Below are positions 51,223 to 63,431 of a DNA stretch of 64,000 nt, in pieces. Location: contig MU058065.1 in NCBI GenBank assembly GCA_013265495.1, positions 5,244,976-5,308,975 on the forward strand, written 5' to 3'. The notes beneath the pieces were generated by a model that saw only the letters and a program-made list of their open reading frames with translations, made no database searches and was not told where the DNA came from. How positions within the stretch are numbered: position 1 is the first letter of the stretch; each line of letters opens with the position of its first letter. Origin of the DNA: Vicugna vicugna. Lineage: Eukaryota. Both the position numbers and the translations under genes were made by a program.

Positions 51223-51238
51223 AAGCCACCTAGCGGCG
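51223..51238 (-). promoter_or_regulatory. CTCF-like motif
   Basis: Minus strand reads CGCCGCTAGGTGGCTT, close to the CTCF core CC(A/G)(C/G)(C/T)AG(A/G)(G/T)GGC. Binding untested. Confidence 0.5.
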
Positions 51239-52629
51239 GGTGATCCCTCAAACAGAGGGTAACACTTTCTGGTCCTGTTTCTATTGATGTCCACCTCCAC
51301 TCACACTAGTTCACCAGATTAGTTCCTGTAGGGGTTAGACCATGAGGGGGGGACGTCTAGGACAGGTAAGTGTGGGGGAAGCAAAGGAAAAAGGAAAACT
51401 TAGGAGCCAGGTGCACGACCTCAGAAGGTAGGCAGAGAACAGTGTGCCATCCAACGAACGTACGGGGGGGGCCGGCTCCTGGGATGCTAGACGGAGGAGA
51501 TGGAAGGAAGACGGTGGAAAAGAAAAGATCCATGAAGAGAGATTTGACCCATCGTGACCAATGGATAGTCTGAGCTTCAGCTGAACTCAAGTGGTTCAGT
51601 CTCCCAGATGCTGAGACAGCTGCTCTTGTGTGCATAGCATCCCATGCTCACAGAGGTTAGTCTGCCAGCAGTTCTCAGGACTGTGCTCAGATATGTGCAA
51701 TGCACAGCCTAGAAATCACTGCTCTAGAGAGCAAGCCAGTGCTTTGTGAGCTTAGCCAAAGAAAGAGCTTCCCCTGGACGGGCTGGAGAAGGCGGCTTGC
51801 ATCAGGTGAGGTGGGAGGCAGGAGGGAGACACTGGATGATCTTTGGAAGTTGAGCGGGTCTTGCAGAAGGGAGAAGAGCTCTAGAGAGAAAACTTCACAA
51901 ACCTAGTCCCAGTTGCAGAGAAGACTTGTGCTGGCCTGAAAACACACATCCTGTGGGTCAGAGCGCTGCCATCTGAGTAAAGGGAGGGAAGGAATTGACG
52001 GCGGTTATCCTGCAGACAAGCCACCACACAGGGCTTGCCCGTGAGGCGAGGATTAGGCTGGGAGGGCTGCGTCAGGCTCACGGCTGCATACCGGCACTGC
52101 CTGCTACGCTTCAGGACACACACCCACGTGCAACAAATACGTATTAAATGAATTAGTAAGACGGAACACAGACGCTATTCCCACTGACTTCGCATCAATC
52201 CTGACCACGCTCCTGCTCCCCAGGCCCTGTCTGCAATACCCTGCTGAGGTGGACAGGGTGGTACAGAGACCTCAGGGCTCCCTTCCTCCCTCCCGCCCCT
52301 CAGATCTAGTCAGAACCAGCCATAAGCAGACAGAAACATGCCTCCTTATCCTGGGCTTGCTCAGCCTTCTAAGAGCCAAAGGTGCCTCTCAGGCGGAAGA
52401 CCCCAGACCCCCTTTGAGCCCTGAGAATAGGGAGTGCACACTTCCTGTTTCAGAAAGGAGTCAGAACATCAAAAAAAAGCAAACGTCCAGCATCCCACCA
52501 GAGATAGTCCCCCTCTGTCTTCACGGGATAACCTCGCTCAGACCCGGAAGTTGGGGGAATGGTCTGAGGTGCCTTGTCATGTCTTTGGCACGTAGATGAT
52601 GCTGTTAATTTCTGTTAAAATCTCTTAAA

Positions 52630-52865
52630 AAATAATAAAGCCAACATTTATTGAATACTCAATATGGGTTGAACATGGTGCAAATCTCTGTACACAAATG
52701 ATCTTTTTGAAGTGCCATTTTTGTCTCCATTTTACAGATGGGAAAACTGAGGTTTAAAGGAATAAAGAAAACCACTCCACTCACAGAGCTGGTGGACAAC
52801 AGAGGTGACAATCGAACACAGGCAACCTGAATTCAGAGTGTATCTGTTTAACCACACGACACTGC
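52630..52865 (-). mobile_element. MIR SINE
   Basis: 'ctccattttacagatgggaaaactgaggttt'. Confidence 0.8.
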
Positions 52866-55074
52866 CTCTTCCTTCCCCGGAGCAGGTGAGTATTGAGCCG
52901 GCTGATGGCTGAGACATGCTCACAGGCCAACTGGGCACTTGGATTTGGGCTAATATTCAGGATGCAGAGCTAATAATGAATCAAGCTGCCTGGCCCACGA
53001 GACCCTCAGAAGCCCCTGAGCTTTTCTGGCTTTCCCTGTGGTCGGGCCAACCCTCTCAGAGCAGATACACAATGCCATTTAGCTGAGCAGATACACAATG
53101 CTGTTCCTTGACACTCCTATGGAAGAGCCTGTCCTCCGTCAAAGTTGACCTGCATGAGAAGGGAAAATTCAGCTCCCTGCCAAAAAGTCTGCCCTAGCTT
53201 CTTTCTCCTCACTGTATCTGAACAAATCCACCGAAGGCTTTTTCTTTCTACCTTGTCAGGAAGCCAAGAGTGGCATTTCAAAGGACACACTTACCCCCTA
53301 GCAATTTCTCTCTTCCGCCACCATGTGCCTTCTTCTCATAAAATCAGGCCAGACCACGAAGCTGGAAACCCAGCTGGTAAGACTGATGCCCTGCTTCTCC
53401 CACCCCCTCCGGTGGACACGGCTCAGGAGCTGTGCGCTGTGAACAATAAACATTCAAATGAAAATGCTTCAAGATAAAGACAATCACAACTGAACATCAG
53501 CAACCACAAGTCAAAGGCTTTCACTGACAGAGCAGAAGGGTGAGTGTGGGAGGACATACGGCGTACAAATAGTGAACTGGACAGCGCTGCAAGGAAGAAG
53601 CTTGACCTCAGGTCTCTGGAAAGCTCTACCTTATTGCTCACCGACATCTGGAGCACAGACACCACGAATGGACCGTCCCTGCGAAACGTAACCAAACAAA
53701 TCAACTGCTCTGCTCCTTAGTTCGGACACTTTCGTTTTTACAATGAATGGGGAATCTATGGCCATCACTGTTACACCATTTAGGATTTTAAAAATCAGCA
53801 GATAGACAGACTACAGAAAATAAAACCAAGGTTCATATACTCTGCAATCTCATCGTCCCCACCAAAAATGAGCTGCAGAAATAAATCCCAGGAGCTTTAT
53901 ATTTTTGTCTGCCACCTTTTGTTTTCTTATCCCAACACAGGACTACAAGGATAGAGCTTCAGTGGGACTTGACACAAGCTGACTTTGCCAGACTCGAGAT
54001 GCGGCGATTTGATGAGAAATTAAAAGCCATTTGTGGGTTTCTCACTCCCTCTATTTTCTGTGACAACTGGCAGGTGAATTTTTCCACTCCCTAAACTCTG
54101 AAGGTGAAAAAATACAAAGCTGATACGTGTGTTAGTCATCAAAATAAAGGTACAAAAATTGCAGCACATCTAGTGGTGGAGGGCCACCTGCCAAGCAAAG
54201 AAGGATCTAGGGACTGCTTAAGATGAAAACAAATACCCCCATTTTAATTGTCTTCCTTCAATTTCCTCAGAGAACTTAGACACATACCTCTGTTTTCGGA
54301 GGGTAAGTTTCATACTTCCTTATCCATAAAATGTAAGTGTTGGATCAGGTCTCCCAGCTGCCTTCCCCATTCAGACGAATTCTATTATTTTAAATATACA
54401 TGTACAGATATATATACAATATATATTTAAAATACATTTGTGTGTATACATATGTGTATATGTATATATAGGTGATGCTAATATGTCAAGATAACTTTTA
54501 AGTAAAAATATATTGTCACTGGCATCTGACATGCATTTTGCCTCTGTCTGTCTCAGTCTCTGAATCTTAAAAAAAAGAAAAAGGAAAGACTTGGAATCAT
54601 GTGTGGAAAATGGGTTTCAACTTGCTTGCCAAATCTTATCCTTTGCCAGGATCATTATGTTGAAAAGCATTGGTGAAGCTATGACTGGGCTCAGCATAAA
54701 AGAGTGCTTATATTTATAACGAGTATTTATAATGAGTATTTATGTATAGCGAGCATTTATAATGAGTTATAACATGCAATTATAATAAGTTATAACATGA
54801 GGCAGATCATATATGATATTTCTATGGCTTTCAATAAGCCTATTAAAGTCTAAGTCCTATTCCCTTTGTGGGAGAGTCATTGTAAGGACAAAAGAGAAGT
54901 CTGGAGTCTACCCATTGGGATTTCACAGCAGAAGAAACAGAGGTCCAAAGAGATGAAAGGATTTACCTGTAGTTAAAGCTTGAACCTCAGTATTCTGAGT
55001 ACAGTTCCATCATACCACACCACATCACCTTCCTTAAATTCTAGCAAGCTCTATGCAAAGCAGCCTGTGGTCAG

Positions 55075-55520
55075 TGAATCATTCAGGATCCAGCCAGGAA
55101 ATTGGAACCTCTCTCCACTCTAGGTATTTTAAACAGAGTACATTTAATCAGGGAATTAGTTTACACATGTAACTAAGGAGCTAAGAAGCAAAACAGATGA
55201 AGCAACCCAGGGATTAGTAACAACAGAAAGTTGTTATCATCCTTGAACTGAAAGAACACAGGAAGGAAGTAATGTTCCCTGAAACATTTTAGAGGCTACC
55301 TGGCAATAGCCGGAACTACGGAAGGAGAAACTGTGGGAAACTACAACCACGGAAGAGATGCAACAGGCGATGAAGCATGAAGGCAGAGACAGGGAGGAAT
55401 ACCCCGGTTTCTCCCCATCCTCCTGCCTCTAGTTTTCTGTAGTGCCTTCACTGACCAAACCCACTCAGAAGCCTGTCAGCAAGAGAGCCTGGGAAACATA
55501 CCTGCAGAACTGACAGCAAT
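55075..55520 (-). mobile_element. Old ERVL-class LTR (LTR33-like group)
   Basis: 'tcaggatccagccaggaaa...ccactctaggtattttaaacagag...atttaatcagggaatt...gcaacccagggattagtaaca'. Confidence 0.5.
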
Positions 55521-58500
55521 GACGAGCACAGACAAAAGAATATATAGACAGTTAAGAGATAAACATAGATATGATTTCAGGACATGAAGCAAAACTAAAA
55601 GGCTACATCCATATCTTAAGGATGTGCCAAAATTTTTCTACCTAATCCATTAATGCATTCCTATTAATATACAAAAATATCTCTCCTCTCCAAAGTATAA
55701 CAGGAGATCTTTTCTTCATCTGAGTCTCTTGGCTCTAGACTCAGAGGTCAAGGGGCAGAGGTTAGTATACAGAAGTCTTGATGGAATTTTTCACTGAAGC
55801 CAAACTAAAAACAATCTCCTATCCAGATCACTCCAACTCTTGTGTGAAGGTTTAAGGCCTTGAGAGGAAAAGAAAATTACCTGGGAAGGAGGCCCAGGAA
55901 AATCAGCTTTCCTCAGAGTCCCAGAAGTTAAACAAAGATGACTTTAAAGTGATAGACTGGAGATAGTTCTATAGCTAGAGGACCCCTGACTTTAGAATCT
56001 GAGACATGGCTCCCAAACTACAGTCCTGGCGGTCTACCTCAGGACCACCCTGAGACTCTTACTAAAGATCTAAACTCAAGACCGTACACTAGACCCATAG
56101 AAGCAGTAAATCTAGAGAGAGAACTTGAGCATTTGGGGTGAAGTCTCCAAGATATTTGGGGAATAAGAGTTCCTGGATAAGGAAATCCTTGGCATCAACA
56201 AGAAATTCAAGGTATGGCCATCAGTCCTCCTCCCCAGTGAGCTAGTGATACATTTTAATGATGCATGTCATCTGCAGCTGCCAAAGGTGTATTGCTCTGT
56301 CTGACAATCCGCAGGAAGGTCTGTCCGCTGCCCAGACCTGTTTGCCGGGATCTGTTCCATCTCTGGACTATGCAGTTCAAGTTCTCTTTCCTCTTTTCCC
56401 TTTCCCTGGGGAAAAGCTTGCTTCCCTTCTCCACTGCAGTCCTCCCCAATTCCCTCTCACGTTTGCCTCACACCAATCTCCCCTGGAGCTGGGGGCCCCC
56501 AAGCTGCCCCCTCCTGTTGTTTCCCATGTCTCTCTGAAATGGCAGAGGAAGTGGCTGTCATAGATACAGCTGCCCTGGCTGTGGGCCCAGGAGGCCTGCC
56601 CATCACAGATGCTGGGGGCTCTGTCCTCTCTGCTGTTGACTGCGGCTGAAGGACCCTGAGGGCGGGCGCCATGTTGCACCTGCTCCTGGGGAAGGCATAT
56701 ATTCTCCCAGGTCCCCCCACAGGTAATAAAGCCTGCAGGATGCCACTCCACAGATTCACAGCCCCCTCCATAGAGGAGGGGTCTGGCTGCAGCACTGTTA
56801 CTTGTGCTTCACGTAATGGTGTTTCTTTTCCTTTAAACAATCTACGGGGGCCACCTTCCCAGAGATGAAAGATGAAAAGACAGTGAGATTACCTGCCAGG
56901 ACCACTTAGGCTTTAATGATCTTCAAGGGAGCACTCCCAGAGACACCCAGCAGCCACCAAGTCATAGGACGCAGTTCTAATAAAATTAGAATTCCTAAAA
57001 TAAACTGCCAGGCATCTGGAAAGCACGAAGAACACAATGTATTATGTAAACTGACATCCAAATATTGTACACCTACATGGACTTGAGTTACAACAAAGCC
57101 ATGATGCACACTAAAGCTTTATTTCTAAACTTTAATTTCCTTGTAAGTGGATTTTAATCACTAGGTAGCCAAATCATATTCAATACCAATTTCCTTTATG
57201 TTGTCCAGTGGTTTACAGTTTCTTTGTGTCAAATTCTCAAATTCACATCTACATACATTCCAGAGCTGCAAATACAAAACAAGAACTATTCAAATGAAAA
57301 GGAAAGGGTTTTACAAATATTCAAATAATAAATTCCCCTCCTTCTTCGTTTTGCATCCAGCTGTGTTGGAGTCCATTAACAACAGACTTACGAGAGGACT
57401 GAAGGAACACTAGGTGACTGGATGAAAGTCAAGCTCTGTATGTCAGTCTTTAAAAAATGAATATGAAACCCCAAATGACATTCAGTTTGATCATGAATAT
57501 TGATAATATAATATTTATTTAAAATATAATGTATTCATCGGTACTCAACCAAAAGTAAAATTAAACTCATCAGGAGCAGAGTAACTGTTTGGTTTTGCAA
57601 AAGTCAAGGACCCTCGTTGGGTGGCTTAATGACTTCTTGTTTGTGTTCTGTTTGCATAAATTATCCATCAAGTGCAGCCATTACACCGGATGCAGCATGG
57701 CGCTTGCGGAGGAATGAGAGGACCCTCATTAAAGGGAAATGTGATTGGAATGGAGTCATCACTCCGTGTCTGGCAAGGATCTGCTGTCTCCACTCTCCAT
57801 CCCTCCGCACCAATTCCATTTGAAGTCGGAACTGGGCTTGCAGACCTGGATTTTTAAAGGCAACGGATGCAATCAAACAATAGACGGAGTAAATGACAGT
57901 CACTATGCCTGTAGCCAAATGTGATAAAGAAAGGGGAGAAAAACAATATAATGAGCTTCAAGGCAATCAGATGAGTCTCTGGGAATGCAGGTGCGGATAA
58001 CGCTCTCTCCATTCACCCAGCTGTTTATGGACCACAAAAAAATCCCTTTTCTCAATATCTACAGACATTCTTTCCAGCTCATGGTGTTACTCTCCAATAA
58101 ACCGGATATGGATAGGACTCAAGCCATGCTGTGTGTAATACTAATTAAGTAAGACAGACAAAAATAATGGCAATCCTGCTCCACATAGTACAATCATCGT
58201 GTTCCAGCCTGGACACATCCCGCAGCTATTCCAATGTAATTGTATTACTTAGCGCAGGAAAACCTCTGAGAATGTTGTTTTCTAGTAAGAGAGGATGCAA
58301 AATGAAGCTGTAGAGCACCAGAGAAGCCACATAATAGGAAGAGAGAAACTTCCCAACAGAGTGATAAGATGTTGTGTCTCGGCGATGTGCAGAGCTGAGC
58401 ATATGTTGTATTGGAATAAAAAATGCAGGTGAATCCAAGGGAACTGAGAGAACACAACCACTTCTTGCTGCAATCTTAAATAAAACTGCCTGTGTACCTA

Positions 58501-59659
58501 GCGACAGTTCTGGTTCGGTTCACAGACATGTGGCTCTGAAATAAGAAATTGAAGAATATCATCAAAGGATGATCATCACCATAAACTAGCCACGGCTAAA
58601 CCCGCCCTCCAGGCTGGGACACTATTACCAGCAGCTTAAGCTTGTCACAAACGTTACATGCAAAACAGCACAGCCGTGCAGGGTCCACACAGCTGGGGCT
58701 TGGAGTCAGGCTACAACTGGCTGAGACTGGTCCTTAATTCTCTGAACGGATGCCAAAAACGGCTGAGGTGTGATGTGTTTATAAAGCACATCCTCAGGCC
58801 TGGTAATACCTCATAATACAGCCTTCCGGACAGGTTCAAGTCCATGAAAGGACACTGGACACACAGGTGACAGGAAACAGCTGCGCTCCAGCTACACGGA
58901 GGACAGGAAGAGAGGGAGCAAAGTTTAAATTAAAACAGGCAGGTGCGACAAGTATCAAAAGACAGAAATGAAGACAAGTAAGTTATTGATGAAGGGAAAT
59001 ATTAGTAGGAGGTGCAAGGGGACTGCAAAAGAAATGGACATTAATGTGTTGAATGTCAACAGACACATACGTGGGACAGGGACATGTTGAGAGCAATCAG
59101 CCTGGACACAAACTTTTTCACAAAAGATTATCTTGAACACTATGAAACTGTCGTTTTGGTAGGACACAAATGGTCCAATGCCAGCAACTTCAAATGATTC
59201 AGCCTAGTATTTCTGCCTTAATTCAGAACCTTGAATAGCACCAAATGCATGCTAGCCAATCCACAAATATTCACTCATAGGATGGGTGAACGAGCAAATC
59301 AGTTTTCAAATATTTAGGATGAGAATGTTTAACCAAATGAGCAAGAGTTTTCTGGCTGGTTTTGCACGTGTAGCAATCTTTTTGTGGAAGTTTCTTTCTC
59401 TACATTCATTACTTTTCTTTTTAATCCATCACTGAAGTTAAGCTCACTAGCGTCAGGGACTTTGAGCATTTGCAGACATTGTTGAAAACCATCTTCTTTT
59501 TAGATTACCGGTAAAGATGGTTAATAAAAATAACCAAGTCTATGTTCTTTTCTAAATTTTTTGGATATTAGAAAAATAGATACCAGAGGATCCAATCACC
59601 ACTGTTTGCTATTGAGTCTTTGTGCTGGTTTAAAAATGCTAAAGGAAAAATGTTCATCT

Positions 59660-60341
59660 TCATTGGAGAAGTTTGAACCAGTTTTGCACATCAAGCTTGT
59701 CAAGGCTCATGTCCATTCCTTAACACTGTCACATCAGCCAGCTCCATCCTTTCAGCTGCACAAGCCAAAACCCCTGCAGTGATCCTTAATTTTGTTTTTT
59801 ATTTTGTTCACATCCCGTAGCCAATCAACAAATCTTGAAGCACTATCTGCAAAATAGATCCAGAATGCAGCCACCCCTCACCCCATCTCCTGCTAGTCAC
59901 CCTCACACACCCCCAATCCTCTCCAAGGCCAAGCCAGGATCCTCTCTCATCCAGATTATTGTCAGAGCTTCTTACTCTTCTCCCTGTCTCTGTCCTTGCC
60001 TTTCTCCACCCCACTCTCCATAGAACAGAAAAATTATCACCCTTGAAAACTTTCACTAACCCCTCATTTCACTCAAAGTGGAAGCCAAAGTCTTAACTTT
60101 GTCTAAAAGCCCTCCCCATCTGCCCGCTACACCCCATTGCCTCCCCAGTTCTGTCTCCTGCTGCTCCCCATCCTGCACACGCTGCCCCACTGCACCACCA
60201 CCCAACCCCCGGCCCCCTCCAGACATTTACTCAAGTCTCACATCCTCCGTGAACCTGCCCCCAGCTATCCCACCCGAAATGACCACCCCCTCCACCAGCA
60301 CTCCATAGCTCCCTTCTTGACTTTTTTTTTCCTTTAACCTT
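59660..60341 (+). mobile_element. L2 fragment (resumes at about 60862-60970)
   Basis: 'caagccaaaacccc...ccaatcaacaaatcttg...caaaatagatccagaat...ccagattattg'. Confidence 0.75.
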
Positions 60342-60861
60342 TGTAGTGGTTTTAAAATAATGTCCACAAATTATTTGATATTCCTCCCTTCAAAAGTGGA
60401 GCCTAATTCCTCTCGAGTCTGGGCTTTTCTTAGTGACATTTCTGACAATTAGAACATGGCAGAAGGGACAGGATATTGCTCCCAGGAGTAGGTCATGAAA
60501 AGGCGTGTGGCTTTCTCCCTGTATACTCTCTCACTCTCAGTGCCCTCCATCCCTGGGTTTGGAAGTCAGCTGCCACATTGTGCAGATCCTCAACCCACTC
60601 TATGGAGAGGAACTAAGGCCTGCCTGCAGCCTGAGGACTGATCCATTATGGAAGTGGATTCTCTGACCCCAGTCAAGCCTTCAACTTACTACAGCCCCAG
60701 CCAGTAACTGACTGCACTATCATGAGACATCCTTAGCCAGAAACAATCAGCAAAGCCACGTCCAGATTCCCAATTAACAAATCTGTGATAAAATACATTT
60801 TGTTGTTTCAAGCCTCTAGGTTTGAGGGCAATTTGTTACGCAGCCACAGATAGCTAATACA
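60342..60861 (+). mobile_element. MaLR solo LTR (MLT1E/F-like) inserted into L2
   Basis: 'tgtagtggttttaaaataatgtccacaaattatttgata...ccccagtcaagccttca...aatttgttacgcagccacagatagctaataca'. Confidence 0.85.
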
Positions 60862-61367
60862 GCTCTTATCTAAATGTATTTTATATAGGGCATTTTATTA
60901 TCCTGTTTATCGACTGTCTCCCCCAAGGAATGTAATTTCTGTGAAGGCAGAAATCTTTCTCTATGTGAAATGAATTAATCTTTTACTTTTAATAATTAAT
61001 AAGTGGGATATCCAAGACTCCCACACATTAGTAGATCAGCAAAAAGGCAACACACAGATACACATTTACAGCAGTGGCAAGAGTTTATATCACTTGGGAA
61101 AAGGATGATTACACTTGGTCATAAAGCAGACACCTACCACAGATGTGTTGCAGGAATAATGACTACAGAGAGTCTCCTGTTTTCCTACTGAATACTAAAG
61201 ATGTGTTCTCACAGAAAAACAAATCACCCAGTAGATAATTTGTGAGTTGTTGGTTCTTTATCCAAACAGACAACAGAATCATCATCAGACCTCCCTACAA
61301 CCACAAATGCCCAGACTCCACATCCCAAGACTGTGATTCAGGAAGTCTGGAGTAAGGCCTTGTCACC

Positions 61368-61731
61368 TGCTATAGACTGAATGTTTGTGTCCCCAGAAAA
61401 TTCATATATTGAAACCTAATCCCCAGTGTGATAGTATTTGGAGGTGGGGCCTTTCGGAGGTGATCAGGTCATGAAGATGGAACCTTCATGAATGGGATTC
61501 ACACCTTATAAAGGAGATCCCAGAGAACTTCCTCACCTCTTCCACTATGTGAGAATACAGTGAGAACAGGGCCATCTATGAATAGGGAGGGAGGCTCTCC
61601 CCAGACACTGAATCTGCCAGCACCTTGATCTTGGACTTCCCACCTCCAGAACTGTGAGAAATAACTGTCTGTGTTTATAAGCTATCCAGTCTATGGTATT
61701 TTTGTTATAGCAGCCCAAATAGACTGAGACG
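61368..61731 (+). mobile_element. MLT1A0-like MaLR solo LTR inserted into a MER5 element
   Basis: 'tgctatagactgaatgtttgtgtcccc...ggaggtggggccttt...caccttgatcttggacttccc...gttatagcagcccaaatagactgagac'. Confidence 0.92.
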
Positions 61732-62354
61732 GTATCTTCAGCTGCAAAAAAAAAAAAAAAAAAAAATCCTCTAGATTATTCTTGGTTATATAACTAACAA
61801 TGAGAACTCCTTCACTAGGTGGTAAATAATTAGAAGGTAAGCAAATTTCTAGTCTGCTAGCACTGGAAGCCCTCCCACTGATTCAGCAACACTGAATTCT
61901 CCTTCTGAGTTCCCTCATTCACTTATTAAGTATCTACAAAGTTGTTGGGCACTGGGGACAGAAACAGCCTGGTGGAGCTCCGGGTCTGGCGAGGGAGATC
62001 AGACCCTCACCCAGTGAGACATCCAACCCAGAAAGCCCCGTCCCTGCCTCTCCCAGCAGAGCGTGGGCTCATCCCACACACACGCGCCGGGCTGGAGATA
62101 GACTGATCACATATCATCAAAGAGACATGGACTGGGTAGCAACTGACTACAGGCGAGGGGCTGGAGACTAAACAGCAGGTTCCCTAAAGCTAAGAGGAAA
62201 GCCTGAGAGATCAAGTTCTTAAGCCAAAGACACGGCATCCTCAAGCAAGAGGAGTGGCTGAGCCTCACATCTCAAGGCTGAGATCTGTAAACAGTCTGCA
62301 GAATTTCAACTAAACAAAGGATACTTCTTTCCTAGTACTTCAAATAATCTATTT

Positions 62355-62555
62355 AATCTTCGACTAGTGGGGATGGTGCACAGCTAAGAATTTGTGAGAC
62401 CATGGTTCCCATACTGGTCTGCTACTAACTAATTCAGGAGTCTCAGAAAATAATTTAATTTGGAAGAGTCTCTATTTCCTCATCTATTAAGCAATAGTGT
62501 AGGAATAAGTAATTTTTAAAGTCGTTTTGTCTTTCGCAGCTCTAACATTCTATTA
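62355..62555 (+). mobile_element. MIR3/MIR fragment
   Basis: 'tgagaccatggttccc...tctgctactaact...tctatttcctcatctattaa...cagctctaacattctat'. Confidence 0.6.
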
Positions 62556-63225
62556 AAAATTATACATGTGAATACGTGTGTAGGCGTAACGATCCATCAC
62601 CCAATACTGTTCTCCAAGAAATGGAAAGTGCTGTCTATAGGAGAGAGATTGTAACTTGACTTTACTGGTAAGGGAAGTAAACACCGGCTGGCTTATGTTA
62701 ATTTCCAGAGTAGTAGTTGACAGGGTTATCCTTCATTCAGAAAGTATTTCAATAACAATCGAATGAGTTATAACAAATATCCCCAGGCATTTTAGCAGTA
62801 CCAGAAAACTGTCAGAGCCCCAGAACTGGGCCCAGGATTTCATTTGGGTTACGCAGTGCCCTGAGCTTCTAGACAACAGACAACATGGAGCGTTTCCCCT
62901 CCCACCCAGTAGTTCACCAGCTCATCTTGGTTCAGGGAGGGTGTCTGAAGACTGCAGACCCACACGTACAGTCCAGCACCATGGCCCCTCACCTTCAAGC
63001 CCGGCGTAGGCAGGAGTGTGACTGATGCTGCAACAGATGGTAAGCTGGAGGCTGTGGGAGGTTGTAACTCCTTGTTCCTTCTGCCAGTTAATTCCCAAGG
63101 AGGAATTATTTCGAAGAGAGATTTCCATCCCTCACCCCACTCCTTCTGGGGGAAAAGAATTAGAGATTCAGAAAAACAAGGGCAAGATGGGGACCAGGGA
63201 CAATCATTCCCAGCTCACTCTCAAG

Positions 63226-63431
63226 CAAAGCTTCTCTGCCTTAGCATCACTGACACTAGCGGCTGGATAAGCCTCTATTGTGGGGCTGCCTTGGGCATTG
63301 CGGGATGTTTAGCAGCATTCCTGGCCTCTACCCACAAGATGCCAGTAGCACCCCTCCAGAGCTGTGACGACCAAAACTGCCTCCACACATTCCCAAACAT
63401 CCCCCAGACTGCTCCCATTTAAAATCACTCA
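63226..63431 (+). mobile_element. MER20 hAT-Charlie DNA transposon
   Basis: 'ttgtggggctgccttgggcattgcgggatgtttagcagcattcctggcctctacccacaagatgccagtagcacc...gtgacgaccaaaa'. Confidence 0.9.

Noticed and set aside
54160..54180. CTCF-like CCACTAGATGTGC on the minus strand
   Set aside because: It mismatches the highly conserved GGC positions.
57361..57413. Strong plus-strand acceptor followed by a weak 'gtgact' donor
   Set aside because: Stops occur in all three frames and the donor is poor, so it is not supportable as a coding exon.
62972..62992. REST/RE1-like CCAGCACCATGG
   Set aside because: The right half-site (ACAGCGCC) is missing.
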